Shown here one piece after another: positions 14,856 through 29,944 of a DNA stretch of 64,000 nucleotides. A program made the translations under genes and the position numbers. The stretch is from the NCBI GenBank assembly GCA_964016885.1, contig OZ024741.1, positions 212,722,001-212,786,000 of the forward strand, written 5' to 3'. Source of the DNA: Eledone cirrhosa. Lineage: Eukaryota. Positions within the stretch are counted from its first letter, which is position 1, and each line of letters starts with the position of its first letter. The notes beneath the pieces were generated by a model. It made no database searches, was not told where the DNA came from, and was given only the letters and a program-made list of their open reading frames with translations.

Positions 14856-14907
14856 ATATATACATACATACATATATATATATATATATGTATATTTATA
14901 AATATAT

Positions 14908-14960
<53 letters not shown>

Positions 14961-15216
14961 CATATATATTTATATATGTACATATGCATGCATCTATATG
15001 TACACACACATATATATGGATACATATAGAGACACACATATCTACAAATATATAAAAACAAATATACATATACATATTTAGAAATATAACTATATATCTA
15101 AAATATATACACACACACACATATTCTCATACCTACAAGCACACACATACATACTCGAACACACGTATACATACATATTTACACACATATACATATACAT
15201 AGACCCACACACATCG

Positions 15217-15291
<75 letters not shown>

Positions 15292-15298
15292 ATATATA

Positions 15299-15368
<70 letters not shown>

Positions 15369-15671
15369 CACATTAATTTACATACTCTCATTCTCACATA
15401 CATATCTTCACACACACAATACATTATGATATAATATATTGCAAAGATTAACCTGTAAATTGCCAAATTGGATCTACGGTGTTTGATCTGATTGCCATAA
15501 ATAAGGCAAACACCAAAAACTACAGCAAACTCCCAAACTCCGCAGCTTGAATAGTAATATATTATTTATCTTAGATGACTAATGGCATTCCGTCATTCCG
15601 TTAAACCGAAGCTATGTAGAAGAAAAATACATAAAAGAACACGAAAGAGTCACACGCCTTGATACATAGTT

Positions 15672-15896
<225 letters not shown>

Positions 15897-16051
15897 GTTA
15901 TATATATATATATGTACATATATAAGATTCGATAAAGAATTTGCATTTACTTCCAACGTAACAAATTATATTTGCTAATCACGTAATTACAAAACTTAAT
16001 GGACACTAATTAGAGCCTCACCATTCTAAGCAAGTAATATTTCGTAATTCA

Positions 16052-16089
<38 letters not shown>

Positions 16090-16151
16090 ATATATATATA
16101 TATGTATACATATATATATGAGTAAGAGATATACATACCTCTCTCTCTCTC

Positions 16152-16216
<65 letters not shown>

Positions 16217-16696
16217 CTGTGTGTGTGTGCAACATACGTAATTTTTAGAGTTGTCAGAAAGATACTGGATATAAATCAATTTTAAATTGCTTTCATTTAT
16301 GTTTTTTTATTAATAAATATTTATCCGTTTTTACTGGTTTGCGGTTCATTTTATTGTTTTCGTTATTGCATTTCTAATTAAAATATTTCTTGATTCTTTC
16401 GACATTTCTTCAAAATCACATTAACAAGAATGTATGTCTTATAATAAGGTAGCTGAAGTATGATAACCATTCAAACTTACATCGTTACAGGAATATATAC
16501 AGATATACATATATACAGACATAGATACGTACATACGTACTTGTATACAAATACATACGTACGAGCTTGCATGCATATATCCGTACATGTATACGTACAT
16601 GAATACATATATACATACGTAGATGTGTTACATAAATACATACGTATATGCATACATGCATGTATCGATCTAAATCATTACACACACACACACACA

Positions 16697-16740
<44 letters not shown>

Positions 16741-16828
16741 TACAGATAAAGTGGCGAGACTGTGTGGTTACTGAAAACGAAGTGTTAGAATGTAATCGGG
16801 ACGTAAACAAGAGAAGAAAAGTTTCCCT

Positions 16829-17053
<225 letters not shown>

Positions 17054-17068
17054 ATATATATATATATG

Positions 17069-17186
<118 letters not shown>

Positions 17187-17662
17187 ATAACCACCTTTTC
17201 ACCTCTTAATAATTCTTTTGTGTGTGAGACACGTTTGCCGGGAAGGAAAAGATTGATTCTTTTTGCTTCCCGCCGCCACGTAAAATTTGTAAATCGGTGG
17301 CTAGTGGAGAGATAGAATCTTATCGGGTGCCAGTTGCTAATCGCTTTACCGTATCAGTCGTCACAAACAGTCATGACCGGCATGGACTGGTGTTCGGATT
17401 CTGTCGATCGATTGATTATTGATTAGGCGATACCCGCCGATGAAGCCGCATAAGCCGATTGTGCATTGTTGCATAATATATGCAGACGGATGGTGCAATG
17501 CACCTTACTGCTGTATCAGTGCGGCAGAAACTCGAGTCCGGGAACCATTATAGCCACCTGTTTTACGTGTGTTATGTTGAGGCAAATATCTATGTGTTTA
17601 CTCTGGGAATGTATCTTACATTGCCCATGGAGTACGCTGAGATACAACCGGTTCTAGCACTG

Positions 17663-17690
17663 ATAAATATGCTGGGACCATCAACACCTT

Positions 17691-17739
<49 letters not shown>

Positions 17740-17766
17740 AGGAGTTGACGGACCCAGCATATTTAT
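17663..17766. repeat. Inverted repeat centred on (TA)n
   Basis: ataaatatgctgggaccatcaacaccttatt / aataaggagttgacggacccagcatatttat. Confidence 0.8.
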
Positions 17767-18298
17767 ATATATATATAAATATATTCATATATATACATAT
17801 ATATACATATATATGTTTGAGTATTCCATAGTTCCATGTATGCTTAATGATATTCCTCAGGCAATTTCAAAGCTTCATTAGTTTGACAATGAGTGAGATG
17901 GGAATCTCCAAGTATATTCCAATCCATTATCTCGCGACTGGTTTCCGTCAACACAATATTATATATAAAACTGGGGCTGACACAAACCTATAATAATTTC
18001 GATTGCCAAAGCTTGGAAGCAATGGGTTTGAAAGTGAGATGTTGTGCTACTTTCAGAAAGATACACTTAATGATTCCAACGGACTCCATATAGTCTTCAA
18101 GATTGCAGTACGTTCATTCACGATTCAGCTCTTAGTTTATCAGAAGGCCACAGTTAGTGTTTCAGATTACCACAGTTAATTTTCCAGAAGGCCCCCACGT
18201 TCATACGGCCGCAGAATTCCCTAGAATGTTTCTAAATGTGTGATAAGCTATCAGAATCGAAACCATCTCCCACATGTTCATATTATATTATACCTCAA

Positions 18299-18484
18299 TG
18301 GTGGTGGATTGGCAGTATCGGTAGAGGATCCGGCGCCTTGCTTTGCAGCAAAGAGTTACGGCCCTTTATGGTCTGAATTGAAATCTCGCCGAGGTTAACT
18401 TTGCCTTTCATCCTTACAGGGTCGAAAGTACTAGTAAAACAAAGGGATAATTGCTGGCCTTGTGACAAAAGTAGAAACAATTAT
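18299..18484 (+). mobile_element. SINE S1; tail repeated at 18644-18700
   Basis: Head, core and tail; second tail copy after the (TA)n tract. Confidence 0.85.
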
Positions 18485-18533
18485 TTCTGCCAATATTATT
18501 ACAACAATATGCCCCCCCTCCCCAAGTATAACA

Positions 18534-18534
<1 letters not shown>
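18485..18534 (+). mobile_element. 50 bp Penelope terminal tail fragment
   Basis: ttctgccaatattattacaacaatatgccccccctccccaagtataacat matches 35053-35099 and 59461-59486. Confidence 0.65.
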
Positions 18535-18565
<31 letters not shown>

Positions 18566-18583
18566 CATATATACATATATATA

Positions 18584-18619
<36 letters not shown>

Positions 18620-19422
18620 CACACACACACATATATATATAGGGTACTAGTAATATACTGGGATAATTGCTGGCCTTGTGCCAAAAGCAGAAACAATTAT
18701 ATTATACCTCATAATTTAAAAAAAAGCATACCATTCTGATAATGTTTAAAATGGGTACGTATGTAACTCATTAGTATTGCGTGTGACTGGAGCGATTCCA
18801 TTTCTATTGTTCTCACTAACAGCTTGAGATCCTTGTAAATACTCTAGATATTAATTAACGAAGCCAAGTAGGCAGTAAACGGCGAGAATAATTGTTTTTC
18901 GAGTGTGGCTTGGTGTGTCGGTGGGTTGCCTGACCAAAACGATATTGGCTGGCGCTCACTCGGACGGACCTACAGCAATGCTTCATTAGACACTCAACAA
19001 GCAATATTCTATAAATCAATAGTATAATTAAAACTCGGAAATGAGAAAAATATCATTTGCAACTGCTGACTCGTTATTGAATACAATCAATTCATTCAAC
19101 ACATCAGCTCGGTTCTCCATCATTCTTTTGTGCATTCTTATTTCATTTCATTGCATTCACATTCGACGCATTCATTTTTGTATTCCTTTGCTTTCACCAT
19201 TTTATTACTTGGTAGCTTCTATTCTTCTGGCTATTTTTCGATGTATTTATATATGTATGTATACGTGTCAGCATATTTTTCTGCGTATATGCACATATGC
19301 TTAGGTATATGTATATAAATATTTATATGAATATATATGAAGACATATAAGCACACATGTCCTTATATATGTATATAATCTATATACAAATATAAAGATA
19401 TATATAAGTATGTATATATATA

Positions 19423-19516
<94 letters not shown>

Positions 19517-19939
19517 TACACACAAATATAATGATATATATGTGTATATATATATATATATATACATATATACTACACATACATTCATATTATACACATG
19601 TACATATATACACATACATACATATTATATACAGATACATATTATACACACATACTTATATACACGTGTATGTAAGTATGCATTCCTGATTGCCACATAA
19701 CGCGTCCCTCCGTTCGTGCATAACTATTAAGTAACATTATGTGAACACATTTCTACACACACGTACACACACACACACGTACACACACACACACATACAC
19801 ATTCACACACACATACACTCACACAATGATGATAGGAATTGTTTTCTGGAGCAAACAATGACAGTGTTACCTAGTAACTATTCCTTATTATTTCCAAGAG
19901 CATTCAGTGTTTAACATTCGATTTCTTGAAAAAAATAAT

Positions 19940-20182
19940 AATAACAATAACATTACTAATGATGAGGATGAAATTAACAACAACAATAACAGCAACACCA
20001 ACAACTAAAACAACAACTAAGACAACAACTACAACAAGAACAACTACAAGAAGAAGAAGAAGAAGAATAACAACAACAACAATAATAATACAACAACAAT
20101 AACAATAACATTAATAGTGATGAGGATGATAACAACAACAAGAACAACTACAACGAAAACAACAACAATAACAACAACAAAC

Positions 20183-20220
<38 letters not shown>

Positions 20221-20285
20221 AATAATAATAATAATAGTAATAATAACAATAATAATAATAATAACAACAACAATAACAATAAAAA
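19940..20285. repeat. (AAC)n/(AAT)n microsatellite
   Basis: Direct inspection. Confidence 0.9.
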
Positions 20286-20580
20286 AATGAAGGACATTAT
20301 GTGACATTTTTATTTGTTTCCTTCTAGATAACAAACAAGAAGAATTTACTATATGCTGTGGGCCTTTATTTATTTGCATGTATTGTTTACGTTTATCATT
20401 TTTCTGTTTGTGTCTTTGTTTTTTCTTATTGTATGAATAATATTTGATATTTTGTTTGCAATAAAGCTGAAACGTTCCCGAGATTTGTTTGTCTGTCTTA
20501 ACTCGTTGTTATGTGAACAAGGACATTACATGGAAAATTAGTTTGATCAAAAATATTTGAAACAATCACAAACAATACTA

Positions 20581-20660
20581 TTAGGTTGTAACATAAATTC
20601 CCGCCGTTGTTTTTTATTAAACAAATGATAACAACGGCGGGAATTTATGTTACAACCCAA
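20581..20660. mobile_element. Mariner-type mini-MITE (80 bp)
   Basis: TA|ttaggttgtaacataaattcccgccgttgtt ... aacaacggcgggaatttatgttacaacccaa|TA; ends resemble the mariner TTAGGTTG terminus. Confidence 0.8.
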
Positions 20661-20861
20661 TAATATATAGAAGGATAATAGCAACTTATTTTGTTCTGTC
20701 GTCTACCTATTAAATGAGATGCTGTCACAATAAAATACAGGAATAATTTTCTCTTATTTTCATCAATATTTTATTTCTTTGTCGAAACAATGTAAAAATG
20801 GCGCCTAAAACATTTAAAGGGTGTGACAGATGTGACTCTGCTTATTTACGTTGAAGTCTAA

Positions 20862-21130
20862 GAAGGTGTATAGCTTACTGGTTAGGATGCTAAGTTCCTT
20901 TTTATCATTGAGCAAGATACTTTATTTCACGTTGATTCAGACCATTCAGATGAATATAAATGAGCTGTACGTGTAATTCAAGGGATCAATTATGTCACAC
21001 ACTATGTTTTGCGGAATCGTCATGAGAATTACGTTAATGGTTTACTGATCATTGCAATGTTCAACCCCTTACCTGATAAATTCATGAGCAGGGGTTTTAC
21101 TTGAGTAGCGAAAGAAACGGAGGGCCATTT
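20862..21130 (+). mobile_element. Old SINE S2
   Basis: ttgagcaagatactttatttcacgttg core. Confidence 0.6.
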
Positions 21131-22344
21131 ACATTAGTCTCTCGGTTAGACAAATAAATTCACAGTAGAAATTTGTTGTGACTAAATGATAATCGATATA
21201 ATTCTCAAATAGAAACGAAATAATGATTTACGATTTAGGCACGAGGCTAATAATATTAAGGAGAGAAGAAATGTAGATTAGATCAACCTCCAGTATTTGA
21301 TAGGTACTTCATTTCATCAACCACGAAAAACTCAAAAACAAAGGGATATAAACTCAGAATATAAAGTGTCAGAAATATGTACCTAGAGAGTCGCATTACT
21401 GAACTTTAAACGATCAGATTTATACAAATTTATACAACTAAATTAAGTACATACTAATTTCGTCTGATCAATAACTAAATCTCTAAGCATCTTTGCTGGA
21501 TAGTAATGGTGTGGAAATATCCCAAACGTGGAAAGCTCCATGCGATCCTATACTGCTGTATGAGTTGGCGTGGGTGAATGTAAACTGTGTACTAGAAAAT
21601 AGAAAATAAAAATGTTCTACGCCTGAATTAGGAGGCATATATTAATATAAAAAATAATTAAGTTTGTCAGCTTGCCAAACTGAAAGTTGAAATTATTTCA
21701 TTAGAGAGAATGTTGTGCTCATTTTAGAGCTAGCCTAGTGCCCTAAATAGTCAAGCAGCAGTTTTAGCTGTAGGCTGTGGAAACATCAGATATTGCAGAT
21801 ATAGAAACAGGTTTATTTGAGAATTAACAAAACCTAATAATATAAAATGTGAACATAGAAATATAAGTGCTATGGTTTAGAGTAATGTTGGACTCACGAA
21901 AAAAATGTCGTACATTCGATTTCATTGATGGACTCCCGTGGTGTTTACGTGAAAACGATATTTCATTTAATAAATATAAAAATGAGAAAACTCATCGCTA
22001 TACAGCTGTTAAAACAGCTTAATGCTGTCAAAGACAGCGATGGGCAAAAATGTCTCAGAAACCAGCAGTCAACACAGGGACAATGTATAAGGCGGGTGAC
22101 AGGCTGATCAAATATAGAAAATGACAGGAAGAAGGAAATGTAAAAAAGCGGTTCAAGACATATTTACACACATCGCCACACTCATCTGCTCTCACATCAG
22201 TAAAATGGTTTCGCACGATTTATTTTAATGTTTCTTTTACGTGATAAGATTTTGGCCCGTCTCATTAAAGTATTGATGAAACCTTTTGTGACATACACTC
22301 CTTTTGAACAAGCAGTAGTGTAGATTCTATATATCGTTAGCAAT

Positions 22345-22665
22345 TTAAGCCAAACAGTTTAGTAGTCGAAGTGTCCGGCTAACGCTCATAATGACGGGAG
22401 TTCAATTCCAGCAGGAGTATTGTTTCATTCAGCAAGACTCCGTATTCCACGCTCCTCCACTGTATCTCATGTAGCTTATAAAGAATGTGTTGTGTCTGAA
22501 ATTTAAAGAGCCAGTCGTGTCACAATGTTTCATGTTGAATCTTTCTGGGAACTTCGTTAAGGGTTCGCGTATTTATGGAATGCTCTGCCACTTTCGGTTT
22601 AATTTCTCGTCCATGGTATTTGGTTGATAGACATCCAGTGAAAAAACTCATCGTTGCAACTGACT
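22345..22665 (+). mobile_element. Old SINE S2
   Basis: gagttcaattcc B-box-like motif; body homologous to rc of 12097-12400. Confidence 0.6.
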
Positions 22666-23208
22666 GAGGTCCCCACATCAGCAGCAACAGAAACCTTATA
22701 AACTCAATCAATATCTGGAGACATTTGTGCAGCCAGTATGTTTGTGTGCGTTTCTATGTTAGAAATATTTAGAGTGAACTAAACTAAGTTGCACCTTAGG
22801 GAAAACTTGTGAAACATTTGCACACTGCACCTATCTTTTCTAAATGTCAGCTGACCTAACGAGCGTTGCAGTATTTTTTCATGTGTGAAAATTATATATG
22901 TTCAAATGAATACACACAGAGATACACACACTGAGGCACACACGTACACACAAACATATTCACACACAGATGCATACACACATAAATATTGCATTAAGTA
23001 TTGGTATAAATACTCGCATAATGTGTAAATGTATGTATGTATATAAATAAATATGTGTGATACACACACACTCACAAACACACATATATATATATATTTT
23101 ATTCTATCTGCATACACTGATATATATATAATTTTATCTCCATATAGTGAAATATATGTATATATATATATATATCACTATATGCAGATATAAATATATA
23201 TATATAAA

Positions 23209-23294
<86 letters not shown>

Positions 23295-23359
23295 CATATA
23301 GTAAAGATTAGTTGGTTGATCGAATAATCTACCGTGTACCGTATAAACATAAGTAAAGC

Positions 23360-23665
23360 ACTCTACGACTTGTGTTCTTTAAAGTATTATGAATAAGGTA
23401 TCAAACGGAGTGTCAATATTATAAAGAACAGAGACGGTTTTGAATGTATATCCTCTATTTATTCTATAAACATGTTATACATATTTCAAAGACGTCACAA
23501 TCATTGCAAAATGACCCTTTGACGGCTTCTCATCGGACAGTAAACCTATGTCTACTGCAGTGGACTACCACGTTCCTATGCAACAGTTTGACGTCTCTGA
23601 AATACGTATAACAGAATTATACAATAAATAGAGGATCTGCACTTAATATCTCTCTCTCTCGTTAT
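23360..23665. mobile_element. Foldback element with HHR relic
   Basis: IR 23451-23497 / 23589-23635; on - at 23473-23540: ctgt CCGATGA gaagccgtca..tgacgtcttt GAAA tatg ta taaca. Confidence 0.55.
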
Positions 23666-23666
23666 A

Positions 23667-23791
<125 letters not shown>

Positions 23792-23814
23792 CACATGACA
23801 TACATATATATATA

Positions 23815-23875
<61 letters not shown>

Positions 23876-23902
23876 CACACATATATAAATATATATATAT
23901 AA

Positions 23903-23944
<42 letters not shown>

Positions 23945-24167
23945 CAATTAAGTTAAAAATGTACATCTACATATGCATACTGAAATACTAGTGTGTATAT
24001 GAATACACACACGTATACATATGTAGGTGTACCAAGTCTTTCACTGGATGCTTTACTGTGAGCAGCCCAGCTATTCTGTATGTAAACACACAGACAAACC
24101 GGTTTTTAGAGTCATACTGGTTTTCGGGGGAACACCTTCCCTCTATTCTCCAGAAAGCCAGACAAGG

Positions 24168-24212
24168 AATATTGAACTAGTTTCGTTGTTGTTACAACTC
24201 ATCAGCAATATT
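24168..24212 (-). ncRNA. Minimal type I hammerhead ribozyme
   Basis: aatattg CTGATGA gttg taacaa caac GAAA c ta g tt caatatt; intact core, 7 bp helix I, palindromic helix III region AACTAGTT. Confidence 0.85.
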
Positions 24213-24297
24213 TACCTATCTACCGGCCCTTCTGGAGAATTGTAAAAGCACATATCGTTATATGCTTTTTCTATGAAAATTAGTAGTGGGCAGACTA

Positions 24298-24305
24298 ATT
24301 TGCAT
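24298..24305 (-). promoter_or_regulatory. Octamer motif ATGCAAAT (snRNA DSE-like)
   Basis: 86 nt upstream of the HHR on the same strand; equivalent sites at 440, 8818, 60194 and 61959. Confidence 0.55.
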
Positions 24306-24426
24306 AGAGTGTGAGTACGCACCGGTTCAGCGGAGACGATAAAAACAAATAACGACTAATTTTCATAGAAAAAGCATATAACGATATGTGCTTTTACAAT
24401 TCTCCAGAAGGGCCGGTAGATAGGTA

Positions 24427-24471
24427 AATATTGCTGATGAGTTGTAACAACAACGAAACTAGTTCAATATT
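24427..24471 (+). ncRNA. Minimal type I hammerhead ribozyme (inverted arm copy)
   Basis: Same motif on the + strand. Confidence 0.85.
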
Positions 24472-24762
24472 CCTTGTCTGGCTTTCTGGAGAATAGAGGG
24501 AAGGTGTTCCCCCGAAAACCAGTATGACTCTAAAAACCGGTTTGTCTGTGTGTTTACATACAGAATAGCTGGGCTGCTCACAGTAAAGCATCCAGTGAAA
24601 GACTTGGTACACCTACATATGTATACGTGTGTGTATTCATATACACACTAGTATTTCAGTATGCATATGTAGATGTACATTTTTAACTTAATTGTTTAAG
24701 CGTCAGTCATACAAAAGTGAGTTACAAACGAAGCGAAATTTAATTTCGTTTCGTTATTTGTT

Positions 24763-24789
<27 letters not shown>

Positions 24790-24795
<6 letters not shown>

Positions 24796-25555
24796 CGTAA
24801 AATAAGAAAATTATAAAATTAACTTACTTACTAAAAAATCTCTTCCAACTAATTAGTTTCTGGAATGGAGTAAATATATTTTCCGAAGAAATTTATGGAA
24901 AATCATTCCGTCATCAGGAAAGTCTTTTTCCGTATAGTTCTCCAGGCATAGCGAGGACACTGGAAACTTATTAAAAAAATAATTCAGTGGAATGGAAATA
25001 GCGATGCGTGGACTGGATTCCAAGCCATTGAGAAAATCACTGTCTCTACGTCCGTGGCAAATTCAAAAAGAATCAATCACGTGACATCGAGGTCAATCAG
25101 TGGAAAGCGAGTGGTTATTAAGACAGCGGCCAGCTTACTACCATAGTAGCAGTCATGGCCAAATATTGCTCGACAAATGAATTGGAGATAATTATAAGGA
25201 ATTTATATCTAGTAACATTTATATACACACAGATGCATATCAATGCTAGCAAATATATAGGTTTTGTCTTATTAACAATGTGGTTCAATGCATGGGTTGC
25301 AGAACAATAATATAAGAGACGTAATGATTTTCTATAAATTTCTTCGGAAAATATATTTACTCCATTCCAGAAACTAATTAGTTGGAAGAGATTTTTTAGT
25401 AAGTAAGTTAATTTTATAATTTTCTTATTTTACGTCTCTCATATTATTGTTCTGCAACCCCATGCATTGAACCACATTGTTAATAAGACAAAACCTATAT
25501 ATTTGCTAGCATTGATATGCATCTGTGTGTATATAAATGTTACTAGATATAAATT

Positions 25556-25560
<5 letters not shown>
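24790..25560. mobile_element. Non-coding HHR element family B (~525 nt monomer) with inverted arm
   Basis: Start agagacgtaa (24791) recurs at 25315, then the sequence flips: 25322-25560 is rc of 24790-24908 joined to rc of 25193-25314. TA tracts at both ends. Confidence 0.85.
24842..24922 (-). ncRNA. Type I hammerhead ribozyme with extended helix II
   Basis: ctttc CTGATGA c ggaatg..cattcc a GAAA ctaattag tt ggaag; covaries with 61106-61187. Confidence 0.8.
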
Positions 25561-25594
<34 letters not shown>

Positions 25595-25606
25595 GTAGAG
25601 AAGATA

Positions 25607-25780
25607 ACTGTTTCTACTTTAGGCACAAGGCCAGCAATTACTCAGTAGATTACTGGTACTTTATTTTATCGACCCCGTAAGGATGAATGAAAGGCAAAGT
25701 CAACCTCGGCGGATTTGAACTCAGATCGTAAAGGGACGTAACTATGCTGGAAACCATGGTGTTCGACCCTCTACCGATAC
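25607..25780 (-). mobile_element. SINE S1
   Basis: rc of S1 consensus. Confidence 0.85.
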
Positions 25781-25919
25781 TAGAAGATAACACATCAGAG
25801 AGAGAGAGATGGTGCGCTATCAGTCAAGCAGGGAAAAACCACCATGGAAGGCAAAGTAGACACATAATAATTAAAAGGATAAATCAAAGTACAAATACGT
25901 ACCTTGATAACTATCTAAC

Positions 25920-26002
25920 ACACACGTACAAATCCAACCGGATCTGTTTCACCAACTAATTTGTTGACAGAAGTGATTAGCCTATGGTTCATCAGCGTGT
26001 GT
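25920..26002 (-). ncRNA. Complete type I hammerhead ribozyme
   Basis: acacacg CTGATGA acca..gctaat..attagt tggt GAAA cagatcc ggtt ggatttg TA cgtgtgt: all three helices, intact core, GUA site. Confidence 0.9.
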
Positions 26003-26244
26003 AAGGCTATACGTTTCAGACAATACTAAAAGGATCTAAACGACCGTCCAGCCACACGTCGTAGAGAGAAATTCACAGCGTGCCTAGGGCAGCAACCAGT
26101 GGACTCTGAGGGACGAGCTGCTAGAAAGAGCAGCCCAAACCACTCAGAGAAGTGTGCTCAACCAAACGGAGTAAGAGAAGCTACTGTTATAAGGAGCGAA
26201 ATATCACGATAAATTAACGGAGACATAGACTCTCGCCATTCCCA

Positions 26245-26337
<93 letters not shown>

Positions 26338-26988
26338 TACATACATATATATACATATAAGAATTAAAATACTAGAGTGCGTTGGAGTAAAACACACTCG
26401 TCGTATTATAGAAATGACAGTATCAGATATAGCTCAATGTAATACAACAGAGCCGAAAAATTATAATAAAAATTATAATATATATACATACATATATATA
26501 TATATATATATTGTATGTAATTGCGAGTGTATATTTATTCTTATATGTGTGTGTTTGCCTGAGCCTGTATATATGTGTGTGTATGTGTGTATGTATATAT
26601 ATATATATTATATATACGATTTTTTAATTTTTTTATTCTTTATTTTCTTGTTTTTGTCAACCCCTGTGTTTATAGATAAAGTCGCGTGCGCGTGCAAGCG
26701 TACATTTATTTTTATTTTTATTTTTTATTTTCAATATTTTTCTTGTTTGCTTTATCAGCCACTGAACTATATCGACGTAAATGTACGTGTGTGTATGGTA
26801 TATTGTATATGTATTTATATGTGTGTATATGTATCCATATGCATGTGTGTGTGTGCATGTATGTACATATATGTATGTATATATATATGTGTGTGTGTAA
26901 ATATATATATATATATATGTGTATATATATATATGCATATATGGGTATATGTATGCATGTGTACATGTATGTATTTATGCATGTGTGC

Positions 26989-27024
<36 letters not shown>

Positions 27025-27411
27025 TTACAGACATGTGTATGTGCATGTGTACGTATGTATACGCATGTGTAAGTGTACGTGTGTATGTATATACGTATGT
27101 ATATACACGTGTTTGTGTATATATATGTATGTGTATATTTACGTATGTGTAAGTGTGTGAGTATAATTATATGCGTATGTATATGCTTGTAGATGTATGT
27201 GTATATTTTTATATGTATATACATATACATTTATTATTTTCCCCTTTACTTTACGTCCGTTATATTATTTCAGCCTCGCTTTCAATTGTTCTAGACTGAT
27301 TTGAAATCTATATCTCACATCCGTTTCAAATAAATTTTCATTCTGAAGAACAATTTCAGACGTCTGTGTCAAGCTCTTCTATATCTCTCTCTCTATCTCT
27401 CTCTCTCTCTC

Positions 27412-27501
<90 letters not shown>

Positions 27502-27821
27502 AGTGTGTATGTGTATATATATTTACTGAGAGGACAAATTATATGTATTCAAATTTCTACCAACATCGTTACTTTTAATGTTCTGACTAAAACGTTGACC
27601 AATAATGGAATCTCTTTATATTCTGTTTGTATTCATATTTACCTTATAATTCATTGGTAGCTACGATATGTAAAACATGGCAGTAACTATCAACAGAAAT
27701 GTTTCTTAAGTACTTATGTGGCTTTACACTGTTATTTTAACTTGTTACTTTGCCCAATTGCAGCCATTGAATCGCTAAAGCCAATGAATGATAAATATGG
27801 TAATAATAATAATCATTATTT

Positions 27822-28266
27822 GGCCGAGGTTGACTTTGCCTTTCATCTTTACTGGGTCTATAAAATAAAGTACCAGTAATGCACTGGGTAATTGCTGGCT
27901 TTGTGCCTAAAGTAGAAACAATTATTTGGGTGGATTGGCAGAATTGGTAGAGGGTTGGACATGCATTCTAGCATAGTTTCGTCCCTTTACGGGATCGATA
28001 AAATAAAGTACCAGTAATGTACTGGGTAATTGCTGGCCTTGCGCCAAAAGTAGAAACAATTATTTGTAATATTATTAAGGGCGGTGGATTGGCATAATCG
28101 GTAGAGGGTCGGACGCCATGCTTTGCAAAGTTACGGCCCTTTATGGTCTGAGTTCAAATTCCGCCGAGGTTAAATTTGCCTTTCATCCTTACGGGGTCGA
28201 TAAAATAAAGTAGCAGTAATACACTGGGATAATTGCTGGCCTTGTGCCAATAGTCGAAACAATTAT
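27822..28266 (+). mobile_element. Three tandem SINE S1 copies (two partial)
   Basis: Tail gtagaaacaattattt / gtcgaaacaattattt at ~27912, 28050 and 28252. Confidence 0.85.
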
Positions 28267-28436
28267 TTGTAATATTATTAGTAATATTAGTACTGTTAGT
28301 AGTATTACTGCTAACAATAGTTTGAAGTCAATAGAGGTGTAGCGTTTATTTTCTTCACAAGAATCTTTCTCTGGTCATTGAAAAACAAATCAAAAAGTCT
28401 GAAATAATATCGACAACCATAACAACTGCTGTCAAC

Positions 28437-28764
28437 AGCACCACCCTCAACAACTCCACCATCACCACCACCAGTACCAGTACAACACACCACCACCACC
28501 ACCACTAGTACACCACCACCATCACAACCACCAGTACCACTACAACACACCACCACCACTTCCACCACTACTACATCACCACCACCACCACCACCTACCA
28601 CCATTAACATTACACCACCACCAATACCAGAACCATTACAACACCCACTTATAAAATTACTGCAGCTACTACTACTGATACTACTACTACTACTACTACA
28701 AATACAAATACCACCACCGCCATTACGGCTATTACTACTACAACCACTGTAATTACTGCTGCTT

Positions 28765-28834
<70 letters not shown>

Positions 28835-28900
28835 TACTACTAGAACTACCACTACGAATGCCACTACCACCACTATCACTACGACACCAACCACCGTAAT

Positions 28901-28952
<52 letters not shown>

Positions 28953-28955
28953 GCT
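28437..28955. repeat. (CCA)n/(CTA)n microsatellite region
   Basis: Direct inspection. Confidence 0.9.
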
Positions 28956-29944
28956 GTTGCCAATATTCCTTTTTTTTATAAAGAGTGCAATTTATTACAC
29001 CACCACCATGCTTTATATTTATTTGGTTTTGATTTTGATTATATTTTTATTTTTCTTCTTGATTTACGTAAATCATATCGAACCTGACCCCTTCCCCCTA
29101 AGTTAATCGATACCATGCCCCAGTAAACGATTTTTTTTTTTTAGCGGGACTGCATTCATCAATATCTTCTCACAGATATCAGCAAACCTTTAATCAACGC
29201 AATAATCATCACCTACCAATATACTATATTATCGTGAAAACATAATTATGAAACTGTGATTTCTTTCGAGAAAATTGTATTTTCCCGCCTTCATTTGTTA
29301 ATGAAAACTTATTCCTTTATTTTTATAGATTTGAATTATTTTATTTTTTATTTGTTATTCATTTATCATTTAATAGTTTCATTCTTTAGACAGCGGCCAT
29401 GCTGGTGCACCAATTTAAAAGGATTTAGTCGATCGTACTGAACCCATAACATTTGTTCCAGTTTATAAACTGTAGCTATGCTAGAGACAGCAGCTTCAAC
29501 GGATTTAATCTCGATTTTATCGACCCCAGTAGTCTATAGCTGGTTTCAATCATTAGACTGCGACTGTACTGGAGAAATCATATTAAAGCAATTAAACTGA
29601 TCATATTTACCACAGAAGTATATATGTTGTATACATTTCTTTCCGTCGAACCGCTAGGAGTGGTGCATAATTAGACGACAACGTAAACACAAATACACAA
29701 ACAACTCACAAAACACACACAATACACACAACACACACACATTACACACACATACACACACTCACATACACGCATATATATATATATATTTAATATAGAA
29801 TTGTCTTCTACAGTTCTAGTCCTGTAGAAGCCATTTCTATATTAAATATTATACTATGCTATGTATTGAGTACCTTACTTACTGTGGTGACCCTCGATGG
29901 AATCCGGGATGAACATATATATCTAAATATATATATAAACAAAT

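Larger units (their letters stand above)
23943..24763. mobile_element. Non-coding HHR element family A, inverted-arm insertion
   Basis: Near-perfect IR 23943-24284 / 24355-24696; both ends in (TA)n; second copy at 61607-62682. Confidence 0.9.

Noticed and set aside
24027-24612. Identical 72 aa ORFs on both strands (also 61709, 62314)
   Set aside because: Result of the inverted duplication; GTG/TTG starts, antisense to the HHR, no motif.
23943-24763. Interpreting the long IR elements as MITEs or foldback DNA transposons
   Set aside because: Arms are unequal, junctions vary between copies, units are circularly permuted and contain HHRs.
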